A DNA stretch of 64,000 bases, taken from assembly GCA_045595785.1 (NCBI GenBank), contig JAZOBE010000034.1, positions 5,067 to 69,066 on the forward strand, read 5' to 3'. The notes under the pieces were generated by a model that was not told where the DNA came from, ran no database searches, and saw nothing but the letters and a program-made list of their open reading frames with translations. The position numbers and the translations under genes were made by a program. Numbering within the stretch: the first letter of the stretch is position 1; every line of letters starts with the position of its first letter. Below, piece by piece: positions 53,341 to 61,865 of this stretch. This DNA comes from Eubacteriales bacterium (GTDB taxonomy: Bacteria > Bacillota > Clostridia > Oscillospirales > CAG-382).

Positions 53341-56300
53341 ATGAAAAAGAGAGCCTTGTCACTGTTTCTTTCTGTACTTATGCTTCTTTCTTCGCTTTCC
53401 ATTTTAGCGGGATGCAAGGACGAGAACGTTGATTACAGTGGTGAAAAAGCCAATATGGTTGTTGAGCTCGATAAAGTTGAATTTGAGGTCAACACCATCA
53501 ATAAGCCCGTCACAAATCAGGAGGTTGCTGTATTTACACGCGGTTATTCTGTTGATGGCAGCACCACCGCTTATATCGGCGGCGACCATACGGATAGAGT
53601 TGTGGTTACCGTACGTTATACCGCTTCTCACAACGAGTACAGCATAATCGCTGTTGATGAGTCTGAGGGCGATAAAGCACAAACTCTTATTCCGGTAAAC
53701 GGTATTGTTATAAGTGTTTTATCTTCGCTCGTTACTGATCTTCGTATACGTGAGGGTCAGGTAATCGATGTCTTTGGGTTTGACGTTTCAAACTATGAGT
53801 ATCTTGATCTGGCCTCCTTTATTCCTACGAAATCCAATCTTGCCAGAAGAATTTATTATGTAAATCCTGCTGAAACCATTGTTGAAGAATTGATTTATCT
53901 CGTTAATGAAGAGTATGAAAAGGATATTACTCTCGGTGCAAACGAGCTTGCGGTTGTTCTTAAATTCAAATCCGGCAGTAATTACGGTGTTGAATCAATA
54001 CTCGAAAGCGGTACTGTTACTGCAGGTACTACAGCCATTATTTTCAAGGGTAAATATAACTGCGAATATGCTCTTGCGGTTATTGAAGAGGGAAATAATA
54101 TTATGCTTTCTAAGCTTGAAGAAGCGAACTCTGTGTCCCACGAATCTGCAGTTGTAATTAATGACGTTGTTTATAAGATCGGTTCTGTAAATACTAACGT
54201 TACAACTCTGGACGACGGCATTTATCTTTTTGATTCTGCCCACGTTTCCGGTACGACGCCTTCATCCGATAAAGGCTTTGTGGCTATTGCCGTTGATAAC
54301 GGTTCTGTAATGTACAAGGGTGAGGAGAATGAGCGCCTTGTTATTCCTACAAATTCCGGCTATGTGCTTGTGTTCAGCGGTGAACTTAAAAGCTTGGCTG
54401 CCAATTATACTTTGGGCGGCAAGGTAAACGAACTTTTAATATTCCCCGAAAATACTCCTGAACAGTTTGTAAAAATCAACGGTTATTGTTATTCCTTTAA
54501 CAACATCGATATATTCGTTGAAAATGAAGCTGTACTTTATACCTATGGATTTGGTGAAACTACCGGTACTCGCGGCGCCGTTGCGGAAATCGCTATAAAA
54601 GACGGAAAAGTTGTCTCCGTAACTACCTCCGGCGGAAATACCGCTATTCCCGAAAACGGTTTCGTTCTTTCTTTCCCTGCCAAGGGCGATAATTTGGTTA
54701 ACTGCAAAAACGTTAAATCCGGTGATAGTGTGCGACTAGCGCTTTCGGCTTGTGACTATTCTCTTGATTCGCTCGACATCACCGCTTTCAATGATGTTCG
54801 TTATACCGATTATCTTGTTATTTATGATAAGGGCAATACCCGTACCGGAACAAATCAGTACGGTTATGAGATAGGCGTCGATAAAAACGGCGTAATGGTT
54901 TCTGCTTCTAACGCCGGTAATATGCTTGTTCCCGACGGCGGCTTTGTTATCTCAGGTCACGGTGTGATGGCAGAAGCTATAAGCGACCTGTATATCTACG
55001 GCGGTACCGTAAAGTGTCTTAAAGACGAAAAGCAGCTTGTGTTTTTCTCCACCCCCGTTTCTGCAAAGACAGACGTTTCTGCTACTCTAGAATCTGTGAA
55101 GCAGTCTTTTGCTCTGGCAGAAAGCGCACTTTACGATATCGATTATGAGTATATTTCTTCTAAGCTTGATGCTTGTAAAACTCTGATTGATTCAGCGGAT
55201 TCTTCTATCAGCGATGGAGATCCCATTGATGCGATAAACAATTTGTATCTTATTCAGCTTATGCTTGGTGATCTTGAGGGTGCTATGATTACTGATAAAG
55301 CAGTTGAAGAACGTTCCGTATGGTATCGTTCAAACGTTAAGAGCGACGAGGACGTACTTGCTGTTATTCAAAAGTGCGTTGAATATAATATTAATGCAAT
55401 CTATCTTGAGACTTGGTATAACGGTAAGACTGTCGGTATGACAGAGAATCCTTTAATCCAGCATTATACCGCACAGCATGGTGATTACGATGCGTTGGAA
55501 GGCTTTATACGCATCGGTCATGAACATGGTATACAGATACACGCTTGGGTAGAAAACTTCTTTATCGGTACTACCAGCCAGCAGGAAAGCGATCCTGAGC
55601 ATATAAGTAACCATAATGATAGTTGGATACTGCTGGATAAAGACGGTAAGGGCTATTACGTTTCTCCCGAATACGGAAACTTTATTTTCCTTAATCCTCA
55701 GAACCGTGAGTGCCGTGATTTTGTACTGTCGGTTTATCGTGAGTTGCTTGAGAATTATGACATTGACGGCATTCACCTTGACTATATCCGTTATCCCGAA
55801 CACAACGGAAAAGCCGATTTCGGTTATAACGCAGATACAATCAAGGCTTTCCAGGACGAATATGGCCATAAAGGAAATCCTAAGACCTATGTATCCGGTA
55901 CTCAGCAGTACAGAGATTGGATACAGTTCAGACGTGATGTAATTACTTCTTTTGTAAAAGAAGTAAACGATCTTGTTAAGGAAATTCGTCCCGAGGTTTG
56001 GATCACTGCAGCTTGTTATCCTTCTCTTAGCGATTCTCCCAATAACATTTATCAGCACGCTGCCGAATGGGTCAAGCTTGGATATATTGATCAGGTATTC
56101 TCTATGACCTATTCTAACGGTACCGAATACGTTTCAAGCAATGCACAGTCATTCATTAACGCTTGTAAGGATAAAGCGCTTTACTCTACCGGTCTTACGT
56201 TGTTCTCCGGAAACTCCGGTGAAGAACTGCTCAGCCAGATAAACGCAACCCGTGAAGTCGGCGCAACCGGTCAGGCTCTGTTCTCTCTCAGCTCTTTGCT

Positions 56301-56700
56301 TGGCTTTGAGGAATATGAAAACATTATCATCAACCATGCATACCGCACAAAGGCTGTTTCGCTCTTTGATGTGGATGCCGCAATTGCCGCTTATGCAGAA
56401 GATATCATTACTAAATGCGACGGAGTATATTCCGAGCACACAACCGGACAGGATGCTTCTATTTCCGCTGTAAAAAAACTTTTGGAAGAAGTTAAGGCAG
56501 AGGCCGGTAAGAAAGAATACGTCACTGTAGAAGAGCAGAATGCCCTTCTTGAGTATGCTCTTGAAAGAACCGAGTCTATCCTTGCAGAAGCCGCAAAGGC
56601 TGACGGCGCACTCAAAACCGCACTTGAGCGCGAGGTAGGGGAGATGGATTATAATCTTTCTATCCTTTACAGCCGTATGCAGGCAAGACTTGCACAGTAA
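53341..56700 (+). CDS. large lipoprotein: four repeated beta-rich modules, a helical linker and a glycoside-hydrolase-like family 10 (GHL10/YngK-type) TIM-barrel domain
   Basis: ~1119 aa from MKKRALSLF. Lipobox LAGC. Recurring module ending in P.NG[IFY]V[IL]S (PVNGIVISV, PTNSGYVLVFSG, PENGFVLSFPA, PDGGFVISGHG). C-terminal AIYLETWYNGKT...GIHLDYIRYPE is typical of GHL10. Confidence 0.7.
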   Translation: MKKRALSLFLSVLMLLSSLSILAGCKDENVDYSGEKANMVVELDKVEFEVNTINKPVTNQEVAVFTRGYSVDGSTTAYIGGDHTDRVVVTVRYTASHNEYSIIAVDESEGDKAQTLIPVNGIVISVLSSLVTDLRIREGQVIDVFGFDVSNYEYLDLASFIPTKSNLARRIYYVNPAETIVEELIYLVNEEYEKDITLGANELAVVLKFKSGSNYGVESILESGTVTAGTTAIIFKGKYNCEYALAVIEEGNNIMLSKLEEANSVSHESAVVINDVVYKIGSVNTNVTTLDDGIYLFDSAHVSGTTPSSDKGFVAIAVDNGSVMYKGEENERLVIPTNSGYVLVFSGELKSLAANYTLGGKVNELLIFPENTPEQFVKINGYCYSFNNIDIFVENEAVLYTYGFGETTGTRGAVAEIAIKDGKVVSVTTSGGNTAIPENGFVLSFPAKGDNLVNCKNVKSGDSVRLALSACDYSLDSLDITAFNDVRYTDYLVIYDKGNTRTGTNQYGYEIGVDKNGVMVSASNAGNMLVPDGGFVISGHGVMAEAISDLYIYGGTVKCLKDEKQLVFFSTPVSAKTDVSATLESVKQSFALAESALYDIDYEYISSKLDACKTLIDSADSSISDGDPIDAINNLYLIQLMLGDLEGAMITDKAVEERSVWYRSNVKSDEDVLAVIQKCVEYNINAIYLETWYNGKTVGMTENPLIQHYTAQHGDYDALEGFIRIGHEHGIQIHAWVENFFIGTTSQQESDPEHISNHNDSWILLDKDGKGYYVSPEYGNFIFLNPQNRECRDFVLSVYRELLENYDIDGIHLDYIRYPEHNGKADFGYNADTIKAFQDEYGHKGNPKTYVSGTQQYRDWIQFRRDVITSFVKEVNDLVKEIRPEVWITAACYPSLSDSPNNIYQHAAEWVKLGYIDQVFSMTYSNGTEYVSSNAQSFINACKDKALYSTGLTLFSGNSGEELLSQINATREVGATGQALFSLSSLLGFEEYENIIINHAYRTKAVSLFDVDAAIAAYAEDIITKCDGVYSEHTTGQDASISAVKKLLEEVKAEAGKKEYVTVEEQNALLEYALERTESILAEAAKADGALKTALEREVGEMDYNLSILYSRMQARLAQ

Positions 56701-56708
56701 GTAATTAT

Positions 56709-56734
56709 GAACGCCTGATTTTATTCAGGCGTTC
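56709..56734 (+). terminator. stem-loop terminator after the GHL10 lipoprotein gene
   Basis: gaacgcctga-ttttat-tcaggcgttc, a 10-bp stem with a poor U-tract. Confidence 0.55.
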
Positions 56735-56753
56735 AATTAATAAATGTGGAAAT

Positions 56754-57020
56754 ATGAAATTAACTTTTAACGATAATATAATAAAACATTACCTGCAAAA
56801 CGTGTATTTTATTAACGGACACAGTTGTGCAGGAAAATCGACAATGGTAAAAATGATGTCTGAACGGTTTGATATGGTCTTTTGCGGAGAAAATTATCAC
56901 GATGTTTTTCCGCGTGAAAAGCTGTCTCACTGGAAACAACCCGCTTTGTGTTATTTTGACACTATGTGCGGTTGGAAGGTAATCTTATTGAAATCGGATC
57001 GTTTAATGTTGAATAGTTGA
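56754..57020 (+). pseudogene. probable remnant of a P-loop NTPase/kinase gene
   Basis: 88-aa ORF with Walker A INGHSCAGKST near its N-terminus. It ends after ~60 further residues. Only ~10 nt separate its stop from the pck terminator stem (57032-57059), so no room remains for the rest of a typical ~180-aa P-loop kinase. Confidence 0.35.
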
Positions 57021-57031
57021 TATATAGTAAC

Positions 57032-57059
57032 AAAAAGGCGTCCCGTTTTGGGACGCCTT
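57032..57059 (-). terminator. rho-independent terminator after pck
   Basis: The minus strand reads aaggcgtccc-aaaac-gggacgcctt followed by tttgtt. Confidence 0.8.
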
Positions 57060-57080
57060 AAAATATTTACTTTTAGTAAA

Positions 57081-58880
57081 TTACATTGCGGAAAGTCTTG
57101 CGAGCTGATCTTCGTACTGCTTAAGAAGCTCTGCGGGAACGGTATCACCGATCTTTGCATAGAATTCTTTGATGTTTTCGAAGTCTGCAAGCCAGTAATC
57201 CTTCTCAACGGTAAGAATGTTCTTAAGCTCGTTGACATCGAACTTTCTGCCTTCTTCGATCTCGTAATCAAGACCTTCGAGGTTGATATCTTCAGCGTTG
57301 GGAACGTAACCGATAGCGGTTTCAACAGCGTCAACCTTGCCTTCGCATCTCTTGAGGATCCACTCAAGAACGCGGAAGTTGTCACCGAAACCGGGCCACA
57401 TGAACTTGCCTTCATCAGTAAGTCTGAACCAGTTAACGTGGAAGATCTTGGGAAGGTTGGGGGTAACTTCGCCCATCTTGAGCCAGTGTGCCCAGTAATC
57501 GCCCATGTTGTAGCCGCAGAAGGGAAGCATAGCCATAGGATCTCTTCTTACTACGCCAACAGCTCCGGATGCAGCAGCGGTAGTCCCGGAAGCCATGATA
57601 GAGCCAACGAAGGTACCGTGTTTCCAGTCAAAGGACTGGTAAACCAGAGGAGCGGTCTTTGCACGACGGCCGCCGAAGATAATAGCGGAAAGGGGAACAC
57701 CGTCAGGATTGTCAAATTCGCCGGAAATGCAGGGGCAGTTCTTTGCGGGAGCGGTGAAACGAGAGTTGGGATGTGCACCCTTCTCAGTGGATTCTTTGCC
57801 GTTCCAGGGTTCGCCCTTCCAGTTAACTGCATCAACGGGAGGATTCTTGTCAAGGCCTTCCCACCAAACGGTGTTATCAGCATTGTTAAGAACTACGTTG
57901 GTGAAGATGGTGCCGCTCATGGTAGAAGCAAGAGCGTTGGGGTTGGACTTAACATTAGTACCGGGAGCTACGCCGAAGAAGCCGTTCTCGGGGTTGCATG
58001 CCCAAAGTCTGCCGTCCTTGCCAACTCTGATCCAAGCAATATCGTCACCTACGCAGGTAACCTTGTAACCCTTGTCAGTGTAGGACTTGGGAGGAATAAG
58101 CATTGCCAAGTTGGTCTTACCGCAAGCAGAGGGGAAAGCAGCTGCAACGTACTTGGTTTCTCCTTCGGGAGTCTCAATACCGAGGATGAGCATGTGTTCT
58201 GCCATCCAGCCTTCGTTTCTGCCGAGGTAAGAAGCGATTCTGAGAGCGAAGCACTTTTTGCCGAGGAGAACGTTTCCGCCGTAACCGGAGTTAATGGACA
58301 TAATGGTGTTGTCCTGAGGGAAGTGAACGATATACTTGTTGTTTTCGTCCATGTTTGCTCTTGCGTGGAGACCCTTGATGAAGTCGCCGTTTTCGCCCAT
58401 AGCATCAAGAACCTGAGTACCAACTCTGGTCATGATGATCATGTTGAGTACAACGTAGATAGAGTCGGTAAGTTCGATACCGTTCTTTGCAAAGTCACTG
58501 CCTACAACGCTCATGGAGTAGGGGATAACATACATGGTTCTGCCTTTGTAAGAATCCTTGTAAAGAGCGAGAAGCTTTGCTTTCATTTCATCGGGATCCA
58601 TCCAGTTATTGGTAGGACCAGCTTCGTGCTTGGTAGGAGTGCAGATGAAGGTACGGCCTTCTACACGAGCAACGTCGTTAACTGCAGTTCTGTGAAGGTA
58701 GCAACCGGGAAGCTTTTCCTGGTTAAGCTTGAACATTTCGCCGGTCTTGCAAGCTTCTTCGCGAAGCTGCTCAGCCTGTGCTTCGGAACCGTCAATAATA
58801 ACAACATTGTCGGGATTGCAAAGCGCGATCATTTCGTCGAGCCATGCATTGAGTTTAGCATTCTTGGTGTAAGTGCTCAT
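57081..58880 (-). CDS. pck: phosphoenolpyruvate carboxykinase (GTP)
   Basis: 599 aa. Kinase-1a P-loop FPSACGKTNLAM. Also GDDIAWIR, NWMDPDEMK and FHVNWFR motifs of GTP-dependent PEPCK. Confidence 0.95.
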   Translation of the reverse strand: MSTYTKNAKLNAWLDEMIALCNPDNVVIIDGSEAQAEQLREEACKTGEMFKLNQEKLPGCYLHRTAVNDVARVEGRTFICTPTKHEAGPTNNWMDPDEMKAKLLALYKDSYKGRTMYVIPYSMSVVGSDFAKNGIELTDSIYVVLNMIIMTRVGTQVLDAMGENGDFIKGLHARANMDENNKYIVHFPQDNTIMSINSGYGGNVLLGKKCFALRIASYLGRNEGWMAEHMLILGIETPEGETKYVAAAFPSACGKTNLAMLIPPKSYTDKGYKVTCVGDDIAWIRVGKDGRLWACNPENGFFGVAPGTNVKSNPNALASTMSGTIFTNVVLNNADNTVWWEGLDKNPPVDAVNWKGEPWNGKESTEKGAHPNSRFTAPAKNCPCISGEFDNPDGVPLSAIIFGGRRAKTAPLVYQSFDWKHGTFVGSIMASGTTAAASGAVGVVRRDPMAMLPFCGYNMGDYWAHWLKMGEVTPNLPKIFHVNWFRLTDEGKFMWPGFGDNFRVLEWILKRCEGKVDAVETAIGYVPNAEDINLEGLDYEIEEGRKFDVNELKNILTVEKDYWLADFENIKEFYAKIGDTVPAELLKQYEDQLARLSAM

Positions 58881-59716
58881 TTTTGTTTTCCTCCGTTTAT
58901 GTTAAAAAATATTTTATCTGAAATAAAACACAGCGTTTTATTATCTGTTTTTTCTCCTCTTACATCTTGCTGAAGTCCGGCTTCCGCGATAATTTCGGAA
59001 ATAGTATCTCTGGAAAGTCTATCGGAAAAAGCGGCAGACAATGCATTTAACAGTGTCTTCCTTCGTTGCGCAAATGCTGCGCGTATTACTGCGAAGAAAG
59101 TGTTTTCATCGGCAGGTGTTATAGGTGGTGTATCATAAAGATCAAATCTAATAACAGCAGAATCAACCTTTGGCGGTGGAGAGAAACTACCTGCTTTTAC
59201 AGGGAAGAGACGTTTTACCGAAGCGTAATAGTTAACCGATGCGGTAATTGCTCCGTATTCACTGTCTCCACATTTACTGCAAAGCCGTTGTGCAACCTCT
59301 TTTTGAACCATTACCGTGATTGTTCGGAATCCGTGTTTGCCTTCCAAAAGCTTCATCAAAATCGGAGTAGTGATATAATAGGGCAGGTTCGCACACACGC
59401 ATACCGGCATTCCGGGAAAGTGATCTTCAATAAGCTTGTTTAGATCAACGTTAAGAATATCCTCGTTGATAAGACCGAAGTTCGGGTTGTCGGAAAATTT
59501 TTCGGTTAGTATTGGAATCAGTTCCGAATCTATCTCAACAGCAACAACTTTTTTTGCAACTGCAAGAAGTTGTTTTGTAAGAACACCCAGCCCGGGTCCG
59601 ATCTCTATAACGCCGCAATCCTCGGTAATGCCGCTTTCTGCGGCGATACGAGCGGGTATTCTGTCGGATGTGAGAAAGTTTTGTCCGTATTTTTTCTTTT
59701 TAACAAAATCGGACAT
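58877..59716 (-). CDS. rsmA: 16S rRNA (adenine1518/1519-N6)-dimethyltransferase
   Basis: 279 aa. KKKYGQNFL N-terminus. SAM motif VIEIGPGLGVLT. NLPYYITTPI motif. Confidence 0.9.
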   Translation of the reverse strand: MSDFVKKKKYGQNFLTSDRIPARIAAESGITEDCGVIEIGPGLGVLTKQLLAVAKKVVAVEIDSELIPILTEKFSDNPNFGLINEDILNVDLNKLIEDHFPGMPVCVCANLPYYITTPILMKLLEGKHGFRTITVMVQKEVAQRLCSKCGDSEYGAITASVNYYASVKRLFPVKAGSFSPPPKVDSAVIRFDLYDTPPITPADENTFFAVIRAAFAQRRKTLLNALSAAFSDRLSRDTISEIIAEAGLQQDVRGEKTDNKTLCFISDKIFFNINGGKQK

Positions 59717-59829
59717 ATTTGTTCCTCCGGGTCAATAATACAATTCCAAACATCTGCAATTTAATAATAGCAGATTTGTACCGTTTTGTCAACAAAAATA
59801 CAAAATATTGTATTAATATTACTGACGAA

Positions 59830-60633
59830 TTATTGATTGTTTTTTGCATCAAAAGCATACATATTGCGTAATATGACTTCTTTTTTTCTCCAAGAAAATG
59901 CATAGAGCTTATATTCGGCTTCCGTCATGCCTTCAATAAGCTGTGGTGACAGCGTTTCCAAAAAGGTTTCCGAAAAGTATGGAATGGTACTGAAAAGCGC
60001 GCTTTGGTTCATTGGACATACGTTTTGACATGTATCGCATCCCCAGCAAAGATTAGCGTTTGTGACGAGTTCTTGTTCCTCGTTTGTAAGGTGCTTCTTT
60101 TGGGATAGACCGGATAAGCATTTTTCACTTAAGATTATACCGTCTCCAATGGCGTTACCGGGACACGCTTTTTCGCACTTGCCGCAATTGATACATTGTT
60201 CGATTACCGAGGGCGGTGTTTCCGGGTTCAAAGCAGAAAGACAAATACCGATAAACACGAAGCTGCCGTAAGTTTTGTTTATTAAGAGAGAGTTCTTGCC
60301 AATAACTCCGAGCCCGCCGAGCGCAGCACAAAGCTTTTCATTAAGCGGAGAATGATCTGAAAACCCATAAAATTGCGTTCCGAATTTTTCGGTAAGTTGG
60401 GGGACGATTCGATCAAAAAGCCCTTTCATATATCCGTGATAATCTTTAACACGCGCGTATGCAGAGACTCCATAGTTGTCTTTTGGGGTAACTGCAGAAC
60501 GATATGGCACGAGAAATACGAGTATACTGTTTATTTCAGCATCCGGCAATAATCTTTCGTTTATAACGAGATTATTGTCAAACGGAATAATGGCATATTC
60601 GGTTATATTTTCTTTTTCAAATATTTCTTTCAA
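59830..60633 (-). CDS. queG: tRNA epoxyqueuosine(34) reductase (short form)
   Basis: 267 aa. Two 4Fe-4S motifs CINCGKCEKACPGNAI and CWGCDTCQNVCPMN, preceded by a DUF1730-like N-domain. Confidence 0.7.
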   Translation of the reverse strand: MKEIFEKENITEYAIIPFDNNLVINERLLPDAEINSILVFLVPYRSAVTPKDNYGVSAYARVKDYHGYMKGLFDRIVPQLTEKFGTQFYGFSDHSPLNEKLCAALGGLGVIGKNSLLINKTYGSFVFIGICLSALNPETPPSVIEQCINCGKCEKACPGNAIGDGIILSEKCLSGLSQKKHLTNEEQELVTNANLCWGCDTCQNVCPMNQSALFSTIPYFSETFLETLSPQLIEGMTEAEYKLYAFSWRKKEVILRNMYAFDAKNNQ

Positions 60634-60643
60634 AATAAAACTC

Positions 60644-60676
60644 CAAAAAACGCCGCCGTTATTGTTAAACGGCGGC
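60644..60676 (-). terminator. rho-independent terminator after rpsR
   Basis: The minus strand reads cgccgccgtt-taacaat-aacggcggcg followed by T6. Confidence 0.85.
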
Positions 60677-60687
60677 GCAAAATATCT

Positions 60688-60978
60688 TTAGTCAGATACG
60701 TAGGGAATAAGAGCAAGAGTTCTTGCGCGCTTAACAGCAACGGTGAGCTGTCTCTGATGCTTTGCGCAGGTACCGGTAACTCTTCTGGGAAGGATCTTGC
60801 TTCTTTCAGAAAGGTTCTTTCTGAACTTGCTAACATCCTTGTAATCAATGTTTTCTATCTTCTCTGCACAGAAAACACATACCTTCTTTTTTCTGCGGGG
60901 GCGGAAAGTCTTCTGGTTCTCTCTAACCTCAGCAGGAGCGGCAGTGTTTGCAGGAGCGTTTACATTTGCGTTATCCAT
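60688..60978 (-). CDS. rpsR: 30S ribosomal protein S18
   Basis: 96 aa. Motifs [16 protein letters not shown]...[16 protein letters not shown]. Part of the rpsF-ssb-rpsR operon. Confidence 0.95.
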   Translation of the reverse strand: MDNANVNAPANTAAPAEVRENQKTFRPRRKKKVCVFCAEKIENIDYKDVSKFRKNLSERSKILPRRVTGTCAKHQRQLTVAVKRARTLALIPYVSD

Positions 60979-61003
60979 GGATAAATTCCTCCTTTTTCAG
61001 ATT

Positions 61004-61435
61004 TCAGAACGGCAGTTCATCATCGGCAGAAAGCTCTTCGAAAGAAGAATCAGCGCGAGGAGAACTGTAAGAGGGTACGCTTCTGGTGAAATCTCTTGAA
61101 CCGTCTGCAGCAGACTTGCGTTCTACAAAAGAAACTTCATCGGCAACAACCTCTGTGGCATAGCGCTTATTGTTGTCTTTATCAGTCCAGGTTCTGGTCT
61201 GAATAGAACCGCAAACAAGCATAGGCATGCCTTTTGTGAAATAACGGGAAACAAATTCGGCGGTCTGACGCCAGCAAACGATATTGATAAAGTCGGTCTG
61301 AGGCTGCTCTCCTGCACGGGTAAACTTTCTGGCTACCGCAAGAGAGAATGTAGTGACCATAACTCCGTTAGGCGTTTGCTTGAGTTCGGGGTCGGCGGTC
61401 AAGTTGCCGACGAGGATGACTTTGTTAAAAGACAT
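61004..61435 (-). CDS. ssb: single-stranded DNA-binding protein
   Basis: 143 aa. OB-fold start MSFNKVILVGNLTADPE. Acidic tail ending DDELPF. Confidence 0.95.
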   Translation of the reverse strand: MSFNKVILVGNLTADPELKQTPNGVMVTTFSLAVARKFTRAGEQPQTDFINIVCWRQTAEFVSRYFTKGMPMLVCGSIQTRTWTDKDNNKRYATEVVADEVSFVERKSAADGSRDFTRSVPSYSSPRADSSFEELSADDELPF

Positions 61436-61448
61436 AATAGACCTCCGA

Positions 61449-61745
61449 TTACTGTTCGCACTTTATAGTGAGCGAACGAAGAATGCCGTCTGTGATGTTG
61501 TAGATACGATCAAGCTCAGCAGGAAAATCGTGAGCAGAAGTAAACTTAACAAGCACATAGTAACCTTCTGTAAGATCCTCGATGGGGTAAGCGAATCTTC
61601 TTACACCCCACTCGTTTACAGTTTCGATCTCACCATTTTCTGCGATAAGACCGGTGAACTTTTCTACGAGGGACTTTACTGCTTCTTCACCGAGAGTGTT
61701 ATTAACGATGAAGACGGTTTCGTACAGCGATTTGTTCTGTTCCAT
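61449..61745 (-). CDS. rpsF: 30S ribosomal protein S6
   Basis: ~98 aa from MEQNKSLYETVFIV, after AAGGAGG (the track ORF is 16 codons longer). Confidence 0.9.
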   Translation of the reverse strand: MEQNKSLYETVFIVNNTLGEEAVKSLVEKFTGLIAENGEIETVNEWGVRRFAYPIEDLTEGYYVLVKFTSAHDFPAELDRIYNITDGILRSLTIKCEQ

Positions 61746-61829
61746 TTTTTGCACCTCCTTTTGGACTTTAAGGCTCCGGAATTGCCGGAGCAAGGAGAAA
61801 ATCGGTTGTCGATTTTCTGAAACCGAGTA
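61746..61829 (-). promoter_or_regulatory. structured 5' leader of rpsF (candidate S6:S18 autoregulatory element)
   Basis: Two hairpins between the predicted -10 and the RBS: gaaaatcg-acaac-cgattttc and ctccgg-caatt-ccggag. Confidence 0.35.
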
Positions 61830-61858
61830 ATTTTATCACATTATTGACAGTTTGTCAA
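61830..61858 (-). promoter_or_regulatory. putative sigmaA promoter of rpsF-ssb-rpsR (TTGACA-17 nt-TAAAAT)
   Basis: The minus strand reads TTGACAaactgtcaataatgtgaTAAAAT. The -35 is part of the palindrome TTGACAgttTGTCAA (61844-61858). Confidence 0.5.
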
Positions 61859-61865
61859 CACTGTT

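Noticed and set aside
57048-58973. 641-aa plus-strand ORF
   Set aside because: It is an in-register antisense shadow of GTP-PEPCK (57081-58880) and the end of rsmA. It has no RBS, it starts inside the pck terminator region, and its protein has no recognisable domain.
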